NCBI GenBank assembly: GCA_964016885.1
Contig: OZ024747.1
Span: 37,572,001 to 37,636,000 of the forward strand
DNA: 64,000 nt
Direction: 5' to 3'
Source: Eledone cirrhosa
Lineage: Eukaryota
In this document: piece by piece, positions 13,545 through 25,839 of the stretch
Numbering within the stretch: the stretch's first letter is position 1
How the letters are laid out: each line of letters opens with the position of its first letter
Notes under the pieces: model-generated
Database searches by the model: none
What the model was told of the DNA's origin: nothing
What the model saw: the letters and a program-made list of their open reading frames with translations, nothing else
Program-made: the position numbers and the translations under genes

Positions 13545-16500
13545 AAAATACAAAATTTATCACTTTTATGAGGGGAGATATATTCTATCACATATATTGA
13601 AGGAAATTACGTAAGAGCTTCTGGGTAAACAACATTTTTTGTTTTCTGGTTTGGAGCATAGACAAATAAGTCTTGTAAACTACCCACCATGGAGAAACAA
13701 ACGTGAAGTTGACCATGAGTAAAGCAAGGCTGAATTAAGTACAAGCCAGTAGATTTCAACATCTGACCTTGAGCTTTATTAATAGACATTGCGAAGCAAA
13801 GTCGCACTGGGAATTGTGTTCGTTTGAACTCAAATGGCATGTTTGTTGGTTTGACTGGAATTTTTGGAATAAAAACCTCTTTCCAAGAGGCACATCCAGT
13901 GATGATGGTAGCTTCTATCACATTAGGAGATAATGTCTTCACAAACAATCTTGTCTCATTGCATAACTTAGGAGGATCTAAATTTTTTAGAAGCATTATT
14001 GGGACTCCAAACTTCAGAAGAGATTTATGTGGAGGAGTTCCAGGTGGCTCAAGAGAATTAAGGAACTCTGCTGGCTAGTGGACAGCTTGATTTCCATCAA
14101 GGACTGAATCAACGGATTTGTACTTCTTAATGACTGTTGGAATCTTATTCGTTAATTCATGGTTAATCCTTGCTACTGTTCATTTTTTTTTCTTAGCAAG
14201 AATTGCCCTCTCACACAACAATTTATATGAATTATAATTATTACTGAACTCTGGAAATACACTGTTCTTCAATTCAGCTGGGGAATTCACCATGATAGTA
14301 ATATGAGTCAAGTTTATATAACCATACCCATCAATTGGTACTGCTCCATTTTCTAATTGGAGGAGCCGGGTTGAAAACTGTTCTGCAAATTGGTCCCCTT
14401 GTAATAAAGCTCTCATGTTCCATAGGTGCGACGAATTAATGCCTGCTTTTATTTCATCAGCTATTGTTCCTCTCGGAATGACTGGTAATTTCTGTCTGAA
14501 GTCTCCTGATAAAATTAATGTAACTCCTCCCATACATTTATTGTTGCCTCTTATGTCCTGTAAGGTCTTATCAAGAGCTTCCATTGCTCGTCTATGTGAC
14601 ATGGTGCATTCATAGCAAATGATCAGATGGCATTGAACCTTTGCTTATTTTACAAATTGGTCTGTCATTTGTGACCAGGTTTAGCGGTAATTTAAAAGCA
14701 GAATAAGCTGTTTGTCCTCCTGGGAGAAGGGTGGCAGCAATGCAAGACGATGTTACAGCAACTTCAATTCTCTTTTGCTGCCTTACCCTAGAGAGAAGCA
14801 ATGTTGTTACAAATGTTTTACCTGTGCCACCAGGAACATCAAGAAAGAAAATTCCTCCGCTTTTTTCTCTGACTGACGAAATAATTTTATCATATGCACA
14901 GCGTTGTTCTGGAAGAAGTTTAGGTTCATGTTCATTCACAAATGCAGCCAACTCTGTGATGTCATAATTTCTCTCTCTTGCTATGTCTCTTGAATTTAAA
15001 CCACTAATTTGACGGTTTGTTTTTGGTAGTCCAGAACCAGACTCTTGCATATTTTTGCCTTCCTTTGCCAAAATTTGATCCTCAATTTCAATCAGTTCTT
15101 GGTTAAAACATTTTTCAGAGAACTGAATATTGATATCTGGTTTTGCCTGTTGAACTGCATACTTTAAGTCCCCAGCCAGGTTCTCACGACGTTTCATCCA
15201 AAGCTGTAGGGGACTTCCAAGTTGACACATGTTCAGTATAATTGCAAAAAGGTTACGGGGTTTCCTTGGAGAATCTGACACTGATGCTTCAGTCAATGCA
15301 AGGTCCCATGCTCATCATTTTCTAAAAACACCTTTTTGATAGCATGCTTCCCTATAAGTTTCACACACATGACCCTTTACCCTCCTCAAATCTTGGAATG
15401 ATTTGGGACCACGTACTTCATGCAAAAGGAGCCGTAAGTAGTAGCATTCTGCTTGACTTCGGTGGACACTGTAAACTTTTGCAAGACCATCAGCCCCACG
15501 TTTCCTCTCGTGCCATTTATTGTCTCACCATGTTCTTGACACAACTTAAAAAATGCAGTAAGGGTAGTTTCTTTTGGAGAAATTGCTTGTGGCAAGGCTG
15601 TTTGCTTTGTAAAGATAACCCTTTGGTCATTCTCTAGATGGACACTGAGATGAATGATGGCTGGGTGCCTCTCATGAATGGGAAAATTGAATATGCGCCA
15701 AAAAGCCTCATTGCTACTGATGTATCTTCCTCTCTCATACTGTGCAACCTCATCATTTTTATTTATCTGCTGACTGCCATTCTGCATAAGGGTGTATGTT
15801 GCAGCATCTAAACCATTGTTTATATATTTGCAAACATACTTAATAGACTTAACAGAGTTGCAGAATTCAACATTGATATGGACTTTGAAAGGTTTTGTAA
15901 GAGGACAGTAGGGTACGACCCACTGATTGTCAATGATGAATTATTGACCATTTCTAATTTTCCTTTTCGAAGTGCCCAGGTTTTTTTCTCCTGTAAAGGG
16001 GGTAGCCATATTCTCCAGTTTAGGTTTCTTGTGCAAAGAGACGTGGGTAGTTCTTGGTACACTTATTATCCCTCATGCCTGGGGAGGATGGATTAATCGA
16101 ACCACTGGGACTTGACAATTTCATGCAGGAAAGGATCTTGCTGTGGATCAGGCAGTTCAGCTGAGATAAATAAATAAATATCATTTGGCCGAAGTTTTTC
16201 AAGTAACCAAATCAAAATGTGGGCATGTGGCAATCTTCGTTATATGTCACATTTGACTGGTCCAAAAATCTCACATTTATCCATCAGTTTTATGACTTGA
16301 AGTCTGAACATCCTAGCTATAATATCATGACGATCTTTGGGTTCTTGATGATGATAAAGCTCACTCTTTATTTCATGTCATGCTGGGTTACATGTGAATG
16401 TAATGAAGAGGTCTGGACGACCATAGTGTCTGACATGTAAGTGCATCTTGGGTACACTCATGCATATACCGTGGACTTCTTGTAAAGCTTGATGGAAGAA

Positions 16501-17799
16501 TAACACAAAATTGTCCAAAGCAGCAATGCTTCTTCATTACTAATCCCATCTCTCAGGTGAATGTAATCTGAATGTTATCTGATGTGCTCTAATGTAAAGA
16601 AGCCTTTCTCCTTCAATTGTTGCATACATATCAACTGAAAATTGCTGGAAGATCTCACTTGAAAGATGAAGAATATTGAAGTCTTGCTCTCTTACTATGA
16701 AAAGGTAAGCGTAGAATTCTATGAGGCTTGTTGTTTTTGTCAGTGCAGGAGCTCTTGTTTTAAGATCTGTTTTTCTTTTAATACCAAAGTGATATATATC
16801 CCTCTTGCCCAAATACACAAATTAATGAATACTAGAGTGCATCATATTATCGGTGGGTTCCATTTATCCGCCGCAATTTATTTCCTCTTCCTTGAATAAT
16901 AACATCTCTCTTCCCATACTCTTCGCCTGTAATAATTGCTGCTACTTCATTTGGGGCAGGGGCATTGTAGTGGCCTCTCTGTTCAGCAATAAGCTTTTTG
17001 TTAGCATCAATAACTATCTTGTATTCAGTGGGTGGCGCAGCTTCTAATGCACACTTGAAGCTTCTGTTATAGCTATTGTTTGCATGCAATATATATTTGC
17101 AGATCAAAGATTAACTCTTCTTTCAAATTTGGAAGGTTAAATGACCGTTGCAAAGCCTTCTCCTTGTAATTTGCCATAAAATATAGCTAATAAAAACTGA
17201 GGATGTTTGCCTTCAGTTGGCAACAAAGATCTAATACGATGGCATACTTGACCTTGAACTTTAAAAGTTGGCTTCATGGTCCCTTCTCTTATAATATTGC
17301 TACCAACGGAGGTCATTTGAAAAACAAAATTATAATTCCTAATGTTTTTCAAGAAGTGCATGCTCCTCGATGTGCTTCCCCAAAGCCTTCAAAGTATCTG
17401 GAGGTGTACCAAACATCGGTAAAACAACCATTCCTCCACCACAACACATAGAGGTGGTTTCTCTTTCCCATTTCTTTCCTTAACAAAAATTGCACTCTTT
17501 TGACATTGCTCCAATATTAATCAATTTCTCTGTAGAGTAATCATGTTTTGGATCACAGTTGAAAGCTGATCATTTCCAAGTCCACTTGAAACAGACACAC
17601 ACACGCGGAAACGCATGCACGTACACACACCACGCACACACACACACGTGTTGATACTTTTTCTTTCTGTGGAACGCCGCACGTACACACACATGCGCAT
17701 ACATGTTAATAGTTATTACTTTCCCTCCCCTCTTATTCCACACACATCAAACACACACATGCATCTACACTGACATACACATACAATATCAAACACAAC

Positions 17800-17872
<73 letters not shown>

Positions 17873-18006
17873 CCGCTACCCCCCCCCCCCCTCTTTTTGT
17901 GCCGGATTTTTTCAATTTCTCCTATAGAACAAAGATACAGTATCAAACATAAAGCGTTTCTCTCTCCATATACACAGACATCTGCTAATCTCCTTATAAT
18001 ATATAA
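13545..18006 (-). mobile_element. Helitron 1 (Rep-PIF1 helicase), degenerate, 3' terminus not seen
   Basis: HUH motif LPHAHILIWL near 16220; Walker A DVPGGTGKT; GDFRQ; [18 protein letters not shown]; 5' region homologous to 24365-24650. Confidence 0.9.
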
Positions 18007-18050
18007 CCAGCAATTTCTCTGTTTGTCTGTCTGTCTGTCCGACAGTGGAA

Positions 18051-18527
18051 ACACATGCGCGCGTGTGAATGTTTTTTGCGCACGCGTAGAGAGAGAGTAA
18101 GAGTGAAAGAAAGAGACAGACTACGAGAGGGGGATAGCGGGAGGGAGAGCGGGAGAGAGAGAGAGTGAATAGACGCTAAAACACGTGCGCGCGTGCGAAT
18201 GTTTTTTGCGCACGCGTAGAGAGAGAGTGAGAGTGAAAGAAAGAGACAGACTACAAGAGGGGGATAGCGGGAGGGAGAGAGGGGGGAATTGAGGAGTGCT
18301 ACAGAAACATATATACATTTCTGTGTGTGTGTAATATATACACAGAGAAATATATACATATATATATATACACACACAGAAATATATATACATTTCTGTG
18401 TGTGTAATATATATATATATATACACACAGAAATATATACATTTCTGTGTGTGTAATATATATATATATATACATATACACACACAGAAATATATATACA
18501 TTTCTGTGTGTGTAATATATATATATA
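18051..18527. repeat. Two ~130-bp tandem copies followed by a palindromic minisatellite (cacacagaaat..atttctgtgtg units)
   Basis: Direct read: copies start at 18051 and 18181; hairpin units at 18300-18527. Confidence 0.85.
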
Positions 18528-18564
18528 CTAGCAGAAAACCACCCGGTGGGCGGTTTTCTGATAG

Positions 18565-19584
18565 TCTATATATATATAAAACTGAGGTTGTCTGTCTGTC
18601 TACTAAAACGGTGCGCACACATCTCTTAAACCGTACGTTCAAATTTCGGTGAAATTGTTACACTTATAGATGAAGGTCCGGCGGAGACATCGGTCAAAAG
18701 ATTTTTCAATTCGACCCACGCCAAGTGCAAAAATCGAATTTGTAATGTATTGATTTTTCAGTTCAAATGTATAAATAGAGATGAGAGACGAGTTATTTCC
18801 CTTTTATCGCATCATTCTGTCTAATCTATTTACGTTACGAACAAACTACACGTACAAAAATACGTGAACAGTTTTCGGGCAAGCAAAATTTTAACCTGCA
18901 AAATTCATGTGTTCGAAGTTTCAACATTAAGCTTTCATTTTGCTTCATTTCGATTAAAAAGTCTTTTAAAACAATATTTCAGCGCATCAGCTTCGCCATC
19001 ACCCGAGGCAATGCTGCGCGTGTGCTGGCTTGCTTCAAAATTAGAGAGGTTGCCCAGTACTCGCGACGTTGCTGTCTTTTGCTCTGGTGTTGGCTCCGTT
19101 GTTCACCCCTTCCTTTACATTTTCTTTAATATTGTAGTATTGAAGGAATATATCTTTCATTGTATCATTCTTTGTAGTGTTACCGAGGCATTTGTAATGT
19201 TATTTATGTATATATTTAAAATATATTTGTTATGTTATTCTACTGTAAATTTATTTATATGCTCTGTTTATATTTTCATTCTCACTACCCTCAAAAATCT
19301 ATGAAACTACATACATGTTGCAACTCTCTCTCTATATATATATATCACACACTCACATATACATATACATCTAAAGAGAGAAAGGGAGATGTAGAGAGAG
19401 AGAGTGAGATAGGTCGTTATACAGAGAGAGGTACAAGATAATCAGATAGAGAGACAGAGAGAAAGAGAGAGAGAGAATGGCGACGAACGCAGGTTCACAC
19501 ACACACAAACACATATATATATATATAAAGACAGAGAGAGAGAGATCTGCGCGTTCTTTATTGTTCTCCATTCTGTAGAGGAAG

Positions 19585-19675
<91 letters not shown>

Positions 19676-22600
19676 GAGAGGGTATGAGAAAAAAGGGAGA
19701 GGCGTTGAGAAAGAAAGAAAGTTTAAGCAAAGAATCGGTGCTTTCAACATTAACGGGATCTTCTTAAACTAATAAATTCAATCTGTGAACGCAGAATTAA
19801 ATATTTCGAGAAACGTTGCAACCGAAGGAAAACAGGAAGACGATATTTTAGTTCGTGAAGACGTTCCCTGGTAATGGACGGAAAAAAGGCGAGGATAATA
19901 CGTCGTTATGTGGATCGAGAAGAACAATTTCATGCAAAGACGAGACCAAGTTTATGGTGTAAATGGAGTCGTTAGACTAATATTCTATGTAAAATAACCG
20001 AATGATTTTCAGCCCCGGAGTTTAAGAATGACGTAAATAAAATTGTAAACGAAAATGACAGAGGTTATTAAAATAGTTGTTTCTACTTTTGGCACAAGGT
20101 CAGCAATTACCAGTACATTACTGGTACTTTATTTTATCGACCCCGTAAGGATGAAAGGCAAAGTTAACCTCGACGGGATTTTAACTTTGCCTTAAAATAG
20201 TAAAAGTAAATAGTGAAGATATAGGCCAATACATACGTATGCGCCGACGGAAATACACATACATATACATACGCAGACACAAATACACACGCGCACACAC
20301 ACACACACACGCACGCACGTGTGTGTGTGTAAACCTTATGCATATCTACAGTATTTTCACCAAACTTAAGACATAGGTTACATATATACTCCAGATGGTC
20401 ATGGGCACTTTCATTTTTCCAGATATTGATTATAGGGCCTCCCGGCAGATAACCCCCTTTAACCACTTCCTTGGAGTCATCGACTGAAGCACTGCAGTGC
20501 AAGGCAACAAAACGTCATAACTTCTGGAGTTCGCAACCGATTTTCACAAAACTTGACACATGGGCTACGTTTGTTCTACAGATGAATGTGAACTCTCAGA
20601 ATTGGCACTATTGGCACAAACATGACTGGAAATCGTGATGACCAGCAACGACAAAACATTGTTCCAATTTCAGATTGTTTTGTTGTGTACGTTAAATTGT
20701 TAGTGTCATCTTGTAAGGGAGAATCTACAACTCACTGTTGAAAACGTTTCCCTCTGTGCAAAAGGGGATTGAATTCATTGTCCCTTACAGCAGTTACAGA
20801 TATTTTATGTTGAAGTATTGAAATGTTTTGTCGTTGCTGGTCATCACGATTTCCAGTCATGTTTGGTTGCTATCCTGGTTCACCGTGTGGGAAAAACAAC
20901 ATATACGTCTTTGGATCAAGATTTGGGCTCAAGATGTTGACATTTATAGTAGGAGGCTCAGAGTTCCTTGGATATACTTTAAAATCTCTACGAAATGGTG
21001 GTTCACCTTTTTCGTTTCTGAATACAATAGCAATTTCATCGGTATTACGATCTCTGTTGAATACTAAATTGACGCTTGGCATATCAATGTTTTCTTCTTG
21101 AGCACGCTGTTTTTCTTGTACTTCAATTTCACGAAGTGTTTGAAAAGACTGAGCATACACATTATCTCTACGAATAATATTATCCAAATTTTCGAGCATT
21201 TCTTGGAGGCAGCCTGCATTGGCGTGATTCTGAGCTCTTATTTCTGTTGCTTGGGCGCTGGCCATTTGGCCAGTGCAGCAAATACTAAAGATGCTCAAAT
21301 CGTATGGACAGTCATGTTTCCATCAATTTTCCAAGGATCAGCAAGAAATATGAGAGAGCGATACCAAGATGTATTAGGAATTGTGAGAAAATTTGGTCCA
21401 CCTGATATATTTCTTACGACATGCAACCCTAATTGGCCCGAGATACAAAACAATCTTTTTCCAGGTCAAACAGCCTCCAGTAGACCAGATTTAGTGGCTT
21501 GGGTGTTCAATATTAAGTTGCTGAAACTAATAATTGATGTAACAAAAAGACATGTGATTTGCCGAGTTGTCGAACATTGTTTCACCATAGAATTTTGGAA
21601 GAGAGGACTGCCGCACACCCATTTATTATTAATATTTCATCCAGAAGATAAACCAAACTCAACTGAAAGAATTGACAAAATCATGTGTGCTGAAATTCCT
21701 GACCCAGAGACAGAACCAGTATTCTATGAAATTGTTAAGAAATTTATGATTCACGGTCCTTGTGGTGAGCGCCATGCATTGAAAATAACAACTGCTCAAA
21801 AGACTTTCCCAAACAATTTCAACAGGAAACCTTTAAAACAGGGATAGTTATCCATCCTACAGAAGACATCCGGGTTCAACCGATATGTTGTACCTCATAA
21901 CAAATATCTAAGTCACAAATACAACTGCCACGTCAACGTAGAAATTTACGCCTTCATTCGCTCCGTGAAATATATATATAAATACAAATACAAAGGCTAT
22001 GATTCCATAACCGTAGGCATCAGCGAAGCAACTGACAGCAATGTCATAATTCATGATGGAATCAAGAATTTTCTAGATGCGAGATATGTGAGTGCTCCAG
22101 AAGGAATGTGGAGATGCTTGAATTCAAAATGCATGACAAATCCCACGCAATTATTCGCCTTCCTGTTCATTTCCCGGAGGAACAGCCTGTCTATTTTGAG
22201 GAGGGACAAGAAAGACGAGCGCTAAAAAGAGCTGCGCAACGCAACACTCCTCTAAAAGCATGATTCTTGCTCAACAAAAAGGATGAAAATGCTAGACAAT
22301 ATCTATATGTAAACATTCCTTATCATTATGTCTACAATAAGAAAACGACGCAGTGGACTCGCAGACAACGTGGAGCTGACAAAATCATAAGTCGAATGTA
22401 TTCTGTCAACCCCAAGTACCAGGAAAGATTTTACATGAGACTTTTGTTGCTGCACGTTAAAGGAGCTCGAAGTTTCGAAGAACGGAAAACCGTAGATGAG
22501 GTCATATGCGGCAGCTATAAAGAAGCAGCAAAGCGTCGGCAGTTGGTTCAAAATTACAATGAGTGAAGAAGATGCTTAGAGGAGGCTTCTTCGATAAATA

Positions 22601-24364
22601 TGTAAAAGCAGCTCTGGCAGCTGTTTGCACTCGTTTGCATTTTCAATAACCCAGTCAATCCTGACGTACTGTTCAAGTTTGAAGAAAGTTTGACTGAAGA
22701 CTTTTTTAGAAAAATTTCTATAAAAATCTCAGTACAACAAAAAATCTCAGACCCTAGAACAATCTCAGTACAACTGGCTTTACGAGAAATTGAAACAACA
22801 TTGTCATTGCAAGGTTTGACATGCCGAGAGTTGAATCTTCCGATTGTTCATATGCCTTTAATGAATACTCAGAATGTAAAACAAAACCAGGACGACCTTA
22901 GAGTGGAAGCACAAATTACCTGTTTGACAGACAATCAGCGTCGTGTGTTTCATCAAATTGTCACAGCTATTGATGAAGATCACCGACCCAGCAGATTTTT
23001 CTTCTTAGATGTCCCTGGTGGTACAGGAAAAACGTACCTCTACAATACCTTGATATAGTATTTTAGTCGAGAAGGAAAGCATGTTCTCTCATTTGCTACA
23101 ACAGGCATTGTGGCTGATCTCTTGCACCAAGGAAGAACTGTACACAGTGGCTTTAAGCTCCCCGTCCCTATCTTGGAAAATTCTACATCACTAATGGAGA
23201 TTCCATCACAGAGCCCTGAAAAATTAAAATAATGGATGAGGCATCAATGCTTTCAGGAAATGCATTGAGGTGGATTGATCTTCTGCCAAAGGAGATAATT
23301 AACTGCCATAAACCTTTCGATGGTAAAATTCTCCTTCTTGGAGGGGACTTTAGGCAAACTGCGCCGGTTATTTCCAGAGGGTCAAATGATGCAATAATTG
23401 AATTTTATATAAAATATTCTCTTCTGGACAGATGTGACAATTTTTCCTTTAACTGAGAATATGCGAATAAATGGACAAGAAGAATTCAACGCATGGAAAT
23501 GGAACGGTCACTAATGATGTAGGCTTAGATGAAGATCTTATAGAAATACCTGAAATCATGATTTCATCTGGAAATTTGTTAAGAGGCGTATTTGGCGGCG
23601 ACATTTCTGTAGTAAATATCGGCGATATTGATGAAATTTCAACAAATTATTTTAACACAAAAAAAAACAAAGTTTCAATCGAACTGAATACCAAGATATT
23701 ATCACTTAAAGATGGAGACTTACAGATATATCAAGGTGCTGATGCGTTGGTTGACGAAAGTGACGAGAATATCATGAATTATTCGGAAGAGTTCTTGATT
23801 TCTCTGATGTCGAAGGCATACCCTTATACAATCTAGCACTGAAGAAAATTTCATTGTGATGTTGCTGAGAAATTTGGATCCTGCTAAAGTCTTACTGAAT
23901 GGTACTCGATTTTGGGTTTTGTCTTCTAATGAATTTTATATTCATGCAAAAATCATTACTGGCAGTAAAAAAGGAAAAGAAGCTTTCATACCACGAGTTG
24001 ACCTGCGTCCGAGTGAAACAGATCTACCCTTCAATATGAGCAGACGGCAGTTCCTGTGATACCAGTTTTTGTCATGACCATAAACAAATCGTAAGGACAG
24101 AGCTTCGAAAAGTTGGTATTTACTTGCCAGCTCCTGTATTTAGTCACGACCAGCTTTATGTGGCCGTAAGTCGTACGAGAAGGAAAGGACACTTAAAAAT
24201 TATTTTGAAGGAAACAAACAGTCAAGGCATGTTAGTTGCGGATAGATTTTTCACAAAAAAAATTTGTACTAAAAGAATTATTAAACTAAAAACTTGGTTT
24301 TGTACCCTTTTTATATATAAAATACTACATTTAGCCGTCATTTTTGACGGCACAGAGAAGCTAG
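18565..24364 (+). mobile_element. Helitron 2 (different family), both termini present, coding region degenerate with an internal inversion
   Basis: 5' TCTATATATATATAAAA..TGTCTGTCTGT; 3' hairpin gccgtca-tttt-tgacggc (24334-24351) then CTAG (24361-24364); [38 protein letters not shown]. Confidence 0.92.
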
Positions 24365-25159
24365 TCTATATCTATCTATCTATATATATATTCGCAGATG
24401 TCTGTGTATTTGTATGTCTGTGCATAATGCTAATGAGGGAATGAGAGGGAAGAGAAAGAAACGGAGAGGCATAGAATGAGAAAAAGACAGAAAGAAGAGA
24501 GAAAGAAACAGAGAGAGAAAACAAGTTTCTATAGAAGTTGAAAGAGAGGGAGATAGCGGGAGAGAGAGAGAGAGAGATGCTGTGTTTGATACTGTATGTG
24601 TCAGTGTAGATACATGTGTGTGTGTGATGTCTATTAACATGTGTGCGTGTGGGTGGACGTGGATGTAGATGTAGATCAAAGGTTCTCAACGGGGGGCATA
24701 TGCACCCACGGGGGCGTTTCGGAACTCCAGGGGGCGTTTGGGAGCAATGGGCGTTAGGGGGGCATTTGGAGCTTTGGGGTACTGGAAGGCTCTTTACTTT
24801 GGTAAGTTTTATAAGCCATATTTGTATGTCTTTGAGACAGCCAGTGTGAATTCCTTTGAATGAGCATGCAGACAGCATAACTATTGTCTGACCGCAGCTA
24901 TGAGCAGGTGTGCAGGCATGTCTAGACATTAACCGGCAATTGAGATCCTAACAATGGAAAAACCAACAGTCAACTGGGTCAAGGACACTTTGAGCGCAGC
25001 CAGTTAGAATCTTGTCTTTCCTTCACCGATAACAATGTATTTCATGTGTGAAATTATTGACTTAACCGTAACGAGTTAACATTATGTAGATCTATTTTAT
25101 TCCCTACTGTATAAATAATATTACAAATAAAAAAAGAAAAAAACACAGAAGTGGGTAGC

Positions 25160-25420
25160 ACACATATCTAGGACCACATACAACACATAAGCAGGCAATA
25201 CACACACATCTAGGACCACATGCAACACAGAATCAGGTAATACAAACATCTAGGACCACATACAACACAGGAGGTAATACACACATCTAGGACCACATAC
25301 AGCACACAAGCAGGTAATACATACAGCTGGGATCACATGCAATACATAAGCAGGTAATACATACATCTAGGACTACCTACAACACACAGGCACGTAATAC
25401 ATACATCAAATACAACACAC
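25160..25420. repeat. Minisatellite, ~38-40 bp unit (acacatctaggaccacatacaacaca..caggtaat), about 6 copies
   Basis: Direct read. Confidence 0.85.
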
Positions 25421-25653
25421 ATTGTATCATGTGCTACGGACGACGCAAGAGCAATGGTCGGCGAACATAAGGGTTTCGTCACTCTTCTGAAGAGAGAAAA
25501 TCTATTTGTATTTGTTGTTCATTGTGTCATTCATCGACAACACTTGGCTGCGAAGAAACTCAGCAAGCCGCTGAGCAAGTCCTTGTTGTCATCAATTTTA
25601 TCAAACGGCATTCCCTCAATGAACGAATTTTCCGTCAACTGTGCCAAGATAAT

Positions 25654-25839
25654 TGTTTCTACTTTTTGGCACAAGGCCAGCAATTACCCAGTGCATTACT
25701 GGTACTTTATTTTATCGACCCTGTTAGGATGAAAGGCAAAGTTAACCTCGGCGGTATTTGAACTCAGAATAGCAAGGGCTGTAACTATATGCGTCAAAGC
25801 ATGGCGTCCGAGCCTCTACCGATACTGCCAATCCACCAC
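25654..25839 (-). mobile_element. tRNA-derived SINE inserted in the hAT transposase
   Basis: A box tggcagtatcgg, B box gagttcaaatac; 18-bp TSD caact(g/c)tgccaagataat at 25636-25653 and 25840-25857. Confidence 0.9.

Noticed and set aside
25160-25420. Repeat-spacer array
   Set aside because: The intervening parts are homologous to each other, so it is an ordinary minisatellite.
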